From: Longimicrobiales bacterium
Lineage (GTDB): Bacteria > Gemmatimonadota > Gemmatimonadetes > Longimicrobiales > RSA9
NCBI GenBank assembly: GCA_035461765.1
Contig: DATHUY010000122.1
Span: forward strand, 1 to 64,000
DNA: 64,000 nucleotides
Reading direction: 5' to 3'
Shown in pieces: positions 9,367 through 18,485 of this stretch; the stretch's first letter is position 1; every line of letters starts with the position of its first letter. A model generated the notes under the pieces. That model had not been told where the DNA came from. It was given only the letters and a program-made list of their open reading frames with translations, and made no database searches. Position numbers and translations under genes: made by a program.

Positions 9367-9499
9367 CCGGACGCGGAACCCGTTCTGCAGAATGGCCCAC
9401 GGCAGCATGGCCGTGGCCGCCAGCGCGGCGCCTTCCATGCGTGAACAGCCATATCAGCTGTGAGGACCGGCCGTTCTGCGGAACGGGTTCCGCGTCCGG
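9367..9499. repeat. MITE-like element, copy 1: 26-bp terminal inverted repeats CCGGACGCGGAACCCGTTCTGCAGAA ... TTCTGCGGAACGGGTTCCGCGTCCGG around an ~80 bp core
   Basis: Near-perfect inverted arms at 9367-9392 and 9472-9499. The same arm sequence recurs at 34604-34620 and 34737-34757. The copy is intergenic between the flotillin and oxidoreductase genes. Confidence 0.7.
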
Positions 9500-9544
9500 G
9501 CGCCAGACAACGGAGTGGAAGTGCACGAGAGCGGTACGAACGAT

Positions 9545-10846
9545 ATGAAGGCAGGGGATACGGGGCCGATGCTCGAGGCGGTGATCATCGGGGCGGGCGC
9601 GCGCGGTAACGAGGTGTTCGCGGAGCTGATGCGCACGAAGGAGATCGGCTGGCGCGTCAATGCCGTGGTGGAGCCGGACACGTTGCGGCGCGAGGCGTTC
9701 GCGCAGCGGCATGACCTTACTCCGGAGCGGACGTTCGAGAGCATAGAAGACCTCCTGGCCGGTCCCCGCGTTGGTGATGTCGCGCTCATCTGTACGCCGG
9801 ATGTAACGCACTACACGATCTGCGCCGCGGTATCGCGCGCCGGATACGACGTCCTGCTGGAGAAGCCGATCGCCACTTCCCTGCCCGACTGCCTCGCCCT
9901 GCTGGATGTGCAGCAGACTCACCGCAACCGGATATTCGTCGCGCACGTGCTCCGCTATTCACCCTTCTTCCGTACCCTGAAGGACATCGTCGCGTCCCGG
10001 CGCTATGGCCTGGTGCGCAACATCCGGCTCACGGAGAACGTCGGGCACTGGCATTTCGCGCACAGCTACGTGCGCGGCAACTGGCGGCGGCGTGAGGACT
10101 CGGCCCCGATCGTTCTGACGAAGAGCTCGCACGATCTCGACATCATCGCGTGGCTGATGGAGAAGGATCGGCCGGCCTTCATCAACTCGTTCGGCACGCT
10201 CGAGTACTTCACGCAGCAGAACGCGCCGCCGGAAGCAGCCGAGCGATGCGTCGAGTGTCCGCTGCAGGACACCTGCCGGTACAGTGCGACGACATTCTAC
10301 CTGCACGACAGGCGCGGCTGGCCGTTCGACGTGGTAGCGCCGGCCGAGGCGGGAATCGAGGCACGTCGCCGCGCCCTCGAGACGGGACAGTACGGTCGCT
10401 GCGTATGGCGTACCGACAATAACGTGTGCGACAACCAGACCGTGAGTGTCCAGTTCGAGTCGGGTATTCACGCGAGCTTCGGCCTCTACGCGCTCAGCGC
10501 GGAGAACACGCGGCTGATTACGGTGCTCCTGGATGATGCCGAGGTGACAGGCGATCTGCTGCACGGTCGCCTGACGGTCACACCGCTCTCCGGCAGCCGC
10601 GAGGTCGTGGAACCGATCAGCGTGCCTGTCCCCTGCTCCGACGACCACCATGGCGGCGGAGATCTGGCCCTGCTTCAGACGCTGCGCGAGCATCTGATGA
10701 CGGGAGCGCACAGCGAGATCATGAGCTCTCTGGAGAGCTCCATCGCCAGTCACGTGCTGGCGTTCCTCGCCGATGAGTCCCGCGTGAAAGGCGGTACCCC
10801 GCTGCCGGTCCCGGCCATCTTCAAGCTCTCCGGGATGGGCGTGTGA
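9545..10846 (+). CDS. Gfo/Idh/MocA family NAD(P)-dependent oxidoreductase
   Basis: N-terminal Rossmann motif MLEAVIIGAGARG, plus the C-terminal dimerisation region typical of the family. The start could be 9545 (MKAG..) or 9569 (MLEAV..). Stop overlaps the next gene's start (ATGA at 10843). Confidence 0.8.
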   Translation: MKAGDTGPMLEAVIIGAGARGNEVFAELMRTKEIGWRVNAVVEPDTLRREAFAQRHDLTPERTFESIEDLLAGPRVGDVALICTPDVTHYTICAAVSRAGYDVLLEKPIATSLPDCLALLDVQQTHRNRIFVAHVLRYSPFFRTLKDIVASRRYGLVRNIRLTENVGHWHFAHSYVRGNWRRREDSAPIVLTKSSHDLDIIAWLMEKDRPAFINSFGTLEYFTQQNAPPEAAERCVECPLQDTCRYSATTFYLHDRRGWPFDVVAPAEAGIEARRRALETGQYGRCVWRTDNNVCDNQTVSVQFESGIHASFGLYALSAENTRLITVLLDDAEVTGDLLHGRLTVTPLSGSREVVEPISVPVPCSDDHHGGGDLALLQTLREHLMTGAHSEIMSSLESSIASHVLAFLADESRVKGGTPLPVPAIFKLSGMGV

Positions 10847-11691
10847 GCGGACGACTGGTTCTGGCCACGGACCTCGATGGTACGATGGCGCATGGCACCG
10901 AATCCGCACGTCGGCAGGTCGTGGCGGCGGTGCGGGCGACGCGCGATGCACGACTGATCTACGTCACGGGCCGCACGCCCGGGTCGGCGCGCTCGCTCCT
11001 CGGCAGATCGGCGCTGCCGGAGCCGGATATACTGATTGCGGACGTTGGCACATCCGTTCTGCATGGCGCCGGTCCGAAGCGCGTGACCGAGATCGAGGCC
11101 GAGATGGAGGCGGTATGGCCGGGCGCCGATGCGGTGCGCGATCGGCTGGCATCGGTCCGGGCACTGACGGCGCAGGACGTCGACTCACCGCGGCGCGTCG
11201 CGTACTGGATCGAGCCGGTACGCGTGCGGCGGTCTTCTACGGCGTCGCAGGATCCGTTCGCCGCGCGCCCGCCGGATGATGCATCCCTCGACGCGGAGTC
11301 GCACGACATCGCTCTGAACGTGGCCGGTGAAGCGGCGCTGGCGCTGGAGGATCTCGGGGTGGACGTGCTGGTATCGGCGAATGTGTTCCTGGACGTACTG
11401 CCGCGGGGCGTAAACAAGGGCAGCACGCTGCGACGCGTCCTCGACTGGGTCGGCGTGGATGAAGGCGACTGCGTCGTCGCAGGCGATTCGCTCAACGACC
11501 TGGCGCTGTTCGAGACCGGCCTGCGCGGGATCGCCGTCGGCAACTGCGAGCCTGCGCTGGCCCGGCACGTCGCGAACATGGAGCAGGTGTATCAGGCGCG
11601 CGGGATCGGCGCCGAGGGCATTCTCGAGGGGCTGCGCCATTTTGGTCATGCCGCCGATACCGAGTCGGAAGGAGACACACATGGCGAGTGA
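10843..11691 (+). CDS. HAD-IIB family sugar-phosphate phosphatase (OtsB / sucrose-phosphatase-like)
   Basis: HAD motif I LATDLDGTMA. Motif GDSLNDLALF near the C-terminus. Cof/IIB cap size. Overlaps the GT20 gene by 11 nt. Confidence 0.8.
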   Translation: MSGRLVLATDLDGTMAHGTESARRQVVAAVRATRDARLIYVTGRTPGSARSLLGRSALPEPDILIADVGTSVLHGAGPKRVTEIEAEMEAVWPGADAVRDRLASVRALTAQDVDSPRRVAYWIEPVRVRRSSTASQDPFAARPPDDASLDAESHDIALNVAGEAALALEDLGVDVLVSANVFLDVLPRGVNKGSTLRRVLDWVGVDEGDCVVAGDSLNDLALFETGLRGIAVGNCEPALARHVANMEQVYQARGIGAEGILEGLRHFGHAADTESEGDTHGE

Positions 11692-13171
11692 TTTCATCGT
11701 GCTGTCGCACCGCGAGCCCTATCAGGCCGTGCAGCTGCCGGATGGCGATACTGTCCTGCGTCGTAAGACCAACGGTGTGTTCACCACTCTTGATTCCGTC
11801 ATGCGGCAGAAGCGCGGGACGTGGATCGCCTGGCGCGAGCATGAGGATGATGATGAGTTCCTGCCGCGCATCCAGGTACCCTCCCCGGACCACGAAGAGG
11901 CCTACACCGTTCGCCGTATTCCACTCCACCCCGACGAAGCGCGACGGTTCTACTACGACTTCACATCGACGGCGCTGTGGCCCGTGCTGTTTTCCCTGCT
12001 CGATCGCGCCAGGTTCACAGCGGAGGCCTGGGAGACCTACCAGAGGGTGAACCATCTGTTCGCGGACGCCGTATGTGAAGAGGCGGCGCCGAACGCCCTG
12101 ATCTGGGTCAACGACTTTCATCTCATGCTGGCCCCGCGCATCATCAAGGAGCGTCGACCCGACCTGCGTCTCGCGCTCTTCCTGCACACCACGTTTCCGC
12201 CACCGGACGTTTTCGGCATTCTGCCCTGGCGCGAGCAGCTGCTCGACGGACTCCTGCATCTGGACCTCATCGGGTTTCATATTCCGTCCTATGCGCGCAA
12301 CTTCGCCGACACCGCGGAGCGGTTCCTCGACGCGCGCGTCATGGCGACGGCCGACACGGACCTGATCCGACACGGCCCGGCGGTCGCCGTGCCGAGTTAT
12401 CCGACGATGCTGAAATATGGGGAGCGCGAAGTGACGCTTGGCGTGTTTCCGGTCGGCGTCGACGTCGAATATTTTGCCGGCGAGGCGCAGTCGGAGAGCA
12501 CCCGTGATGCTGCGCGCGAGGTGCGGCTGCGGGCGGGAGCGGATACCGTCATTGTCTCTGCGGAGCGGCTGGACTACGTGAAGGGCGTGCTCGAGCGACT
12601 GGAGTGTTTTGAGCGCTACCTCGAGCGCCACCCCGAGCAGCACGGTAACGTCTCGTTCGTGCAGATCGCCGTGCCGACGCGCACCGGTATGGAGGAGTTC
12701 CAGCTGATGCGGCGGCAGGTCGAGGAAGCCGTCGGCCGCATCAACGGCCGCTTCGGCGGGTTCGAGTGGCAGCCCGTGCTGCACATGTACGGCTCACTCG
12801 ATCGTCCCGAGCTGGTCGGCCTCTACCTCGCCGCCGACATCGCGTGGGTCACGCCGCTCCGGGATGGGCTCAACCTCGTCGCGAAGGAATACATCGCCAC
12901 CCAGATCGGCGGTACCGGCATAGTGATCCTTTCGGAGTTCGCTGGCGCCGCCGCCGAGCTCAACGGCGTCATCCTGACGAATCCGTATTCGCCCGATGAT
13001 ATGGACCGTGCCCTCGAGCAGGCGATGACCATGGATGAAGGCGAGCGTACGGGCCGCATGCTCATGCTGCGTGACCGCGTCCTGACATGGGACGTGCATC
13101 GCTGGTCGCATGCGTTTCTGCACGCTGCCGAGGAGGCGGGGGCGCACACGGCAGGTAACGTGCGGAGCTGA
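11681..13171 (+). CDS. GT20 family glycosyltransferase (glucosylglycerol-phosphate synthase / trehalose-6-phosphate synthase-like)
   Basis: Start ATG 11681 with RBS GGAAGGAGA. Motifs HREPY, LWVNDFHLMLAP, LFLHTTFPPPDVF, WVTPLRDGLNLVAKEY and GRINGRFG are characteristic of GT20 (OtsA/GgpS). The N-terminal region is closer to GgpS-like proteins. Confidence 0.85.
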   Translation: MASDFIVLSHREPYQAVQLPDGDTVLRRKTNGVFTTLDSVMRQKRGTWIAWREHEDDDEFLPRIQVPSPDHEEAYTVRRIPLHPDEARRFYYDFTSTALWPVLFSLLDRARFTAEAWETYQRVNHLFADAVCEEAAPNALIWVNDFHLMLAPRIIKERRPDLRLALFLHTTFPPPDVFGILPWREQLLDGLLHLDLIGFHIPSYARNFADTAERFLDARVMATADTDLIRHGPAVAVPSYPTMLKYGEREVTLGVFPVGVDVEYFAGEAQSESTRDAAREVRLRAGADTVIVSAERLDYVKGVLERLECFERYLERHPEQHGNVSFVQIAVPTRTGMEEFQLMRRQVEEAVGRINGRFGGFEWQPVLHMYGSLDRPELVGLYLAADIAWVTPLRDGLNLVAKEYIATQIGGTGIVILSEFAGAAAELNGVILTNPYSPDDMDRALEQAMTMDEGERTGRMLMLRDRVLTWDVHRWSHAFLHAAEEAGAHTAGNVRS

Positions 13172-13203
13172 CTCAAAACCTCTGGCATTCGGGAGACACG
13201 ATC

Positions 13204-13662
13204 ATGCGTATGCTCAGGATCGGCATGTCAGTTGTGCTCGCATTGGCCGCCCCGGTCGCACTGGCGGCGCAGGTCAAGCCGGATGCCGGCGTCAGGCAGG
13301 AGTCGATCGCTCTGCCACCCGAGCTGGATCGCGTGCTGCGCGAATACGAGGCGGCCTGGTCTGCGGGTGATGAGACAGCGCTCGCAGAGCTCTTCACGGA
13401 CGACGGTTTCGTTCCTGTACCATCCGGGTGGAGCCGCGGACGCGCACTTATCGAGTCTGTATACGAGAACGCTCAGGGGCCACTGCTGCTCCGCGCGATC
13501 GCATTCGCTGTGCACGACACTGTAGGGTACATCGTCGGAGCATACACCTACCGCGGCCTGCCCGAAGGGACCGACGCAGGCAAGTTCCTGCTCGCGCTCA
13601 GGCTGGATGCGTCAGGCCGATGGCTGATAGCCGCCGACCTGGCCAGCAGCAACCGCGAGTAG
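13204..13662 (+). CDS. secreted SnoaL/NTF2-like (DUF4440-like) protein
   Basis: Signal peptide MRMLRIGMSVVLALAAPVALAAQ. ~130-aa cone-shaped-fold-like body with ..YEAAWSAGDETALAELFTDDG.. Confidence 0.5.
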   Translation: MRMLRIGMSVVLALAAPVALAAQVKPDAGVRQESIALPPELDRVLREYEAAWSAGDETALAELFTDDGFVPVPSGWSRGRALIESVYENAQGPLLLRAIAFAVHDTVGYIVGAYTYRGLPEGTDAGKFLLALRLDASGRWLIAADLASSNRE

Positions 13663-13707
13663 CCGGCGCGGGTCACGGGTCATACCGCGGCCCTGGCCGG
13701 ACCGCTG

Positions 13708-14778
13708 TCAACGAATCGACGTCCGCGCCGTTCTGCGCGGCAGCTCTTCCCAGATCGCAGGATCCTCCGGACCCAGCACCCAGACGGAGAACCCGCGCAG
13801 GCCGTAACGCCGCATGAGGTCGAGCTTCGCGCGGAAGCTGCGGGCGTCTTCCAGGAAGATCCATTCGAACGTGCCGCCCACCGGAAAGAACGCATAGCCG
13901 ACCTCATGGTCGTCGTTCCACTGCACGGTGGCATCGTAGCGATCGATCATGCCGGTCGCGCGGGTGTGGCTGAGCTGCGCGCTGTACGACCGCGCGAGCT
14001 CGGGGGTGATCCGTTCTTCGTACGACGTGTACCAGTGCTGGGAGTTTACGGGTATGCCGAGCGAGAGCTTGCCTGCCGGCACGAATCGCAGAAAGTACTC
14101 CACCACATCCTCCACCCACGGGATCCCGGCCTGCGGCCCCGGCGGAGTCCGCCGCGTGTGCTGTGAATAGCTCATGATGGAGATGAACTCACCAATGTCG
14201 CCGAGTGCGGCCAGGTCGTAGCCGCCGCGCCAGCTGTCGAACAGCCACTTGTGATACGGCGTGGGCCCCGGCAGCTCGTCGGGACGGTGCACTACGGCCA
14301 CACTGATACTGCAGCCCGCCTCGCGCAGCGCCGCGGCGGTCTCACGATAGAACTGCGTGAACGCGTCGCGATCGTTGATGCTCAGGTTCTCGAAATCGAT
14401 CTGAATGCCGTCGTAATCATGGCGCCGGCAGAGTTCCGCCAGCGATGCCGCTACGCGGGCGCGTGCTGCGTCGTCCGTGAGCAGTGCGTGCAGCGCCTGC
14501 TGGTCAAAGCCTCGGTTGACGAGCAGCGGGATCACTCTGGCGCCGTGCGCGCGTGCAAGCTCGAGCACGCGCGGGTCCAGGTCGCCCCACACCACACCGT
14601 CCTCCTCGACGAAATAGGCGGATGCGGCGACGACGTCGATACGGTCGATGTTGGCGACCAGGCTCTCGTACGCGGACTCGTTGTCGACGTAGTAGAACAG
14701 CCGTTCTGCGTCCTGCGCAGCGGCGGGTACGGCACAGAAGCCCGCAGCTGCGAGCGCAGCACAGGATAGACGATTCAT
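13708..14778 (-). CDS. secreted glycoside hydrolase family 18 (chitinase-like)
   Basis: Signal peptide. GH18 catalytic motif DGIQIDFEN (DxxDxDxE). TIM-barrel length. Confidence 0.8.
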   Translation of the reverse strand: MNRLSCAALAAAGFCAVPAAAQDAERLFYYVDNESAYESLVANIDRIDVVAASAYFVEEDGVVWGDLDPRVLELARAHGARVIPLLVNRGFDQQALHALLTDDAARARVAASLAELCRRHDYDGIQIDFENLSINDRDAFTQFYRETAAALREAGCSISVAVVHRPDELPGPTPYHKWLFDSWRGGYDLAALGDIGEFISIMSYSQHTRRTPPGPQAGIPWVEDVVEYFLRFVPAGKLSLGIPVNSQHWYTSYEERITPELARSYSAQLSHTRATGMIDRYDATVQWNDDHEVGYAFFPVGGTFEWIFLEDARSFRAKLDLMRRYGLRGFSVWVLGPEDPAIWEELPRRTARTSIR

Positions 14779-14805
14779 GGCCTCACCTTCGCAGAATGTC
14801 AGACT

Positions 14806-14830
14806 GCCTGCGGCGAATGCCGCCGCAGGC
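14806..14830 (-). terminator. GC-rich hairpin (10-bp perfect stem GCCTGCGGCG / CGCCGCAGGC, 5-nt loop) immediately 3' of the P-type ATPase gene
   Basis: Perfect inverted repeat 36 nt below the ATPase stop. There is no U-tract, which is common in high-GC genomes. Confidence 0.45.
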
Positions 14831-14865
14831 CGGAACGTGTATCAGGACAGCCAGCGGATGCTCGC

Positions 14866-17547
14866 TCACCCGAGGAGTCGGCCTTTCTTCCGATTTCGCC
14901 ACTTGTCGAGCTCACCGCCGATTATGGCAGTGCTTCCTATCGCCGCGACCAGCAGCCATTCTGCAGGCCGCAGCGGGCCGGTGCGAAATACGTCCTGCAG
15001 AAAGCCGATGTGCAACACGGCGGCGTGCGCGGCGGCGGCGGTGATGATACTGATGAACAGGAAGCGGTTGGAAAACAGTGGAATGCTGAACACCGATCGG
15101 TCGAGGGAACGACAGTTGAAGACGTGGAAGAACTGGAAGACGACCATCTGCGTCATGGCCATGGTGCGCGCGTGTGTCAGGTCGCCTGTCTGATCGAGCG
15201 TCCACCAGAAGATGGCGAGGGTACCCGTTGCGAGCACTATCCCGACAGCCCCGAGCCGCTCGAGTATCCGGAGCGTGACGATACCCTCGCGTATCTTGCG
15301 CGGCGGGCGCTGGAGGAGGCCTGGCTCGCCTTTCTCGAATGCGAGCGCCACGTCCTGCAATCCGTTCGTGACCAGATTGATCCAGAGGATCTGCGCGGCG
15401 ATGAACGGAAGCGGCCAACCGGCCAGAAGTGCAACGAGGATCGTGATCACTTCCGCGACGGCGGTGGAAAGCAGGAAGAACGCCACCTTGCGGACGTTGC
15501 CGAAGATCGTGCGCCCTTCCTCGATCGCCGCAGTGATTGTCGCGAAGTTGTCATCGGCCAGGATCATGTCTGACGCTTCGCGGGCGACATCGGTGCCGCC
15601 CTTCCCCATCGCGATACCGAGGTGCGCTGCCCGCAGAGCCGGGGCGTCGTTCACGCCGTCGCCGGTGACCGCCACGATCTCTCCCTGCGCCATCAGCGAC
15701 TGGACCAGGCGCAGCTTGTGCTTCGGCGTCACGCGGGCGTAGACATCCACATCGCGGATGATGAGGGTCAGCTCCTCGTCGGAGAGCGCGTCCAGCGAGC
15801 GCCCCTCGACGGCGCGGGGATCAGGACCGGCGCCGAGACCGAGCTGGCTGCCTACATTGCGCGCCGTATCCACATGATCTCCCGTCAGCATCAGCACCCG
15901 GATGCCCGCAGTATGAGCCGCCCTGACGGCGGCCACCGCTTCCGGCCGCACCGGGTCCTCCATACCCTGCGCACCGAGAAAGACAAAGCCGGCGCGCACA
16001 TCCGCTTCACTGAGCTGCTCGCGATCCACGGCCCGGTACGCCATCGCCAGCACACGAAGTCCTCGCGCGCCTAGCTCGCGCGCGGCCGCCGCTGCGGCAT
16101 CGCGATCAATTGGCTCTTCGGTGCCCCGCGCCGTCAGCTGCCGGTCGCAGCGTTCCAGGACCACTTCCGGCGCTCCCTTGAGGAAGATCGCGAGCGTGCC
16201 GCCGGGCACGCGGTTCAGCGTGGCCATCCAGCGCTGCTCAGGCTCGAACGGTATCACGTTCACCTCGGGGTGCCGGGCACGCAGCTCGGACGGCGGAGTG
16301 CCGGTGGACCGGGCTGCCTGGAGCAGGGCGACCTCGGTCGGGTCCCCCTGCGTTTCGGCATGCTCGAGCGCGGCGGGATCGGCTTCATTGGCCAGTACGC
16401 CGGCAAGCAGAGTAAGGCGCAGCGGCTCGTCCAGCGCTGCGGGCTCACGGACCAGATCATCCATCTCGAGGACGCGCCCACCCGCGGCGATGGCCGTGAC
16501 GGTCATTTCGTTGCGGGTGAGCGTGCCGGTCTTGTCGGAACCGATGACAGTCGTACTGCCCAGTGTCTCCACCGCAGGGAGTGACCGGATGATGGCCTGC
16601 CGCCGAGCCATGCGGCCCACGCCGATGGCGAGCGTCACCGTCATGACGACAGGCAGTCCTTCCGGTATCGCCGACACGGCGAGTGCCACTGCGGTCAGGA
16701 AAATCTCCGACGCCGAGAGCCCACGGAGCAGCCCGACGATCAGAACTACTACCGCCAGGACGCCGACCGCCCAGCCAACTCGACGGCCGAAGCGATGCAT
16801 CTCAGCCTGCAGCGGAGTCACCGTCGTACCCACCGCACGAATCGATGTAGCGATGCGTCCGATTTCCGTCGCCAACCCCGTGCGCACCACGATTCCGCGG
16901 CCGCGACCGCGCGTCACCACCGTGCCGGCGAACGCCATATTGAGCTGGTCACTGGACACGAGATTTTCAGTGCGGAGCGCCTCGTCGCTCTTGCGGACAG
17001 GCTCCGATTCACCGGTCAGCATCGACTCGTTCAGCTCCAGGTCGTGCAGGCTGATGAGCCGGATGTCAGCGGGCACACGCGCGCCCGATGCCAGCAGGAC
17101 GACGTCGCCGGGCACGAGGTCGCGACTCTCGATGACGTGTACACGTCCGTCGCGCTGGACCTCCGCACGCGGAGCGCTCAGCCGCGCGAGACCGCGGATT
17201 GCTTCGCGGGCGCGAAGCTCCTGCACGAAGCCGATCGCGGCATTGAGGATGACAACGGCGAGGATGACTCCACTGTCCGTGTAATCATGCAGCGCTGCCG
17301 TAACGGCCGCAGCGATCAGCAGGATGAAGATCAGGGGATCATTGAACTGCCGGAGCAGCAGCCGCCACCACGTCTCGACTTTCTCGGCTTCGACGACGTT
17401 CGGTCCGTAGCGCTCGAGCCGTGCTGCGGCCTCGGCCGTCGTCAGGCCCCCGGGCGGCGCTTCGAGCTGTCGCTGCACCTCCTCGGCCGTAAGCGTATGC
17501 CACGGCCGTCCCTCGAGAAGTTCCTCCTGGTTCACAGCCATGATCAC
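14866..17547 (-). CDS. P-type cation-transporting ATPase (type II, Ca2+/Mg2+-ATPase-like)
   Basis: 893 aa with DKTGTLT phosphorylation motif, TGES actuator motif, TGDGVNDAPAL hinge and ~10 TM helices. Confidence 0.9.
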   Translation of the reverse strand: MIMAVNQEELLEGRPWHTLTAEEVQRQLEAPPGGLTTAEAAARLERYGPNVVEAEKVETWWRLLLRQFNDPLIFILLIAAAVTAALHDYTDSGVILAVVILNAAIGFVQELRAREAIRGLARLSAPRAEVQRDGRVHVIESRDLVPGDVVLLASGARVPADIRLISLHDLELNESMLTGESEPVRKSDEALRTENLVSSDQLNMAFAGTVVTRGRGRGIVVRTGLATEIGRIATSIRAVGTTVTPLQAEMHRFGRRVGWAVGVLAVVVLIVGLLRGLSASEIFLTAVALAVSAIPEGLPVVMTVTLAIGVGRMARRQAIIRSLPAVETLGSTTVIGSDKTGTLTRNEMTVTAIAAGGRVLEMDDLVREPAALDEPLRLTLLAGVLANEADPAALEHAETQGDPTEVALLQAARSTGTPPSELRARHPEVNVIPFEPEQRWMATLNRVPGGTLAIFLKGAPEVVLERCDRQLTARGTEEPIDRDAAAAAARELGARGLRVLAMAYRAVDREQLSEADVRAGFVFLGAQGMEDPVRPEAVAAVRAAHTAGIRVLMLTGDHVDTARNVGSQLGLGAGPDPRAVEGRSLDALSDEELTLIIRDVDVYARVTPKHKLRLVQSLMAQGEIVAVTGDGVNDAPALRAAHLGIAMGKGGTDVAREASDMILADDNFATITAAIEEGRTIFGNVRKVAFFLLSTAVAEVITILVALLAGWPLPFIAAQILWINLVTNGLQDVALAFEKGEPGLLQRPPRKIREGIVTLRILERLGAVGIVLATGTLAIFWWTLDQTGDLTHARTMAMTQMVVFQFFHVFNCRSLDRSVFSIPLFSNRFLFISIITAAAAHAAVLHIGFLQDVFRTGPLRPAEWLLVAAIGSTAIIGGELDKWRNRKKGRLLG

Positions 17548-17606
17548 TCCATGGACTACGGCACGTGAGGCGCTCCTCGACGTCCCGACGGATCCGCTGC
17601 GTACGT

Positions 17607-18485
17607 TCAGGCGCGCCCTTCTGAGTGTGCCTGACGCGTTCGCAGGTACACGAACCAGTACGTTACACCGACCAGCACAACGCCGCCGATCACGTTACCG
17701 ATCGTCACCGGCAGGAGGTTGTGAAGAAGAAAAGCCGGCCAGGTAACACCGCTGTAGTCTGCGGGCGCGGCGTCGATCGCTGCCCAGAATGATGCGGGCG
17801 CCTGCCTCCTGATGAGAATGCCGAGCGGTACGAAATACATGTTCGCGATACTGTGCTCGAACCCGGCCGCAACGAATGCAGTGATCGGAAAGATCACCGC
17901 GAGAATGCGGTCCGTCGTAGTGCGGGCGCTGAAGGCGAGCCATACGGCGAGACAGACGAGGCCGTTCGCCAGAATTCCAAGAACGATCGCCTGCAGGAAT
18001 CCGAGTTCGACCTTGTGGCGTGCTGTTGCGAGCGCAACGCCTCCGATCGCGCCGCCATCGAACATGTACTGCTGGCTGAGCAGGACGAGCAGCACGGTAC
18101 CCATCGCGCCCGCGAAGTTACCCAGGTAGACGATCGACCAGTTCCTGAGCAGTGCGCCATGGCTCAGTCTGCGGCTCGCCCACGCCATGACGATGAGGTT
18201 ATTACCGGTGAAGAGCTCCGCGCCTCCGACAACGACCAGAATCAGACCGAGCGAAAACACGAGACCGGAAAGCAACCGGACAACGCCCGACGGAAGTGTC
18301 GGTCCCGCGCCGGACGCGACCGTCGTTGCGAACATGGCCCCGAGCGCGATGAATGCACCGGCCAGCACGGCGAGCGCCAGCGTTCGCACGGCGTCCTGCG
18401 CTGCTTTCGCAGCGCCGACCTCCTCGGCCCTCCTCGCCATCTCTGCGGGGAGGAGGGCGTCGAATGAATGCCCTGCACGCGTCAA
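17607..18485 (-). CDS. formate/nitrite transporter (FNT) family channel
   Basis: 292 aa, six TM helices, FNT-family layout. Its ATG overlaps the stop of the upstream S2P gene (ATGA). Confidence 0.8.
   Translation of the reverse strand: MTRAGHSFDALLPAEMARRAEEVGAAKAAQDAVRTLALAVLAGAFIALGAMFATTVASGAGPTLPSGVVRLLSGLVFSLGLILVVVGGAELFTGNNLIVMAWASRRLSHGALLRNWSIVYLGNFAGAMGTVLLVLLSQQYMFDGGAIGGVALATARHKVELGFLQAIVLGILANGLVCLAVWLAFSARTTTDRILAVIFPITAFVAAGFEHSIANMYFVPLGILIRRQAPASFWAAIDAAPADYSGVTWPAFLLHNLLPVTIGNVIGGVVLVGVTYWFVYLRTRQAHSEGRA

Noticed and set aside
11681-13171. Definitive naming of the GT20 gene as otsA
   Set aside because: The N-terminal motifs (HREPY, short acceptor-binding loop) look closer to GgpS-like enzymes. 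Without a phylogeny the substrate cannot be assigned, so I kept a family-level call.
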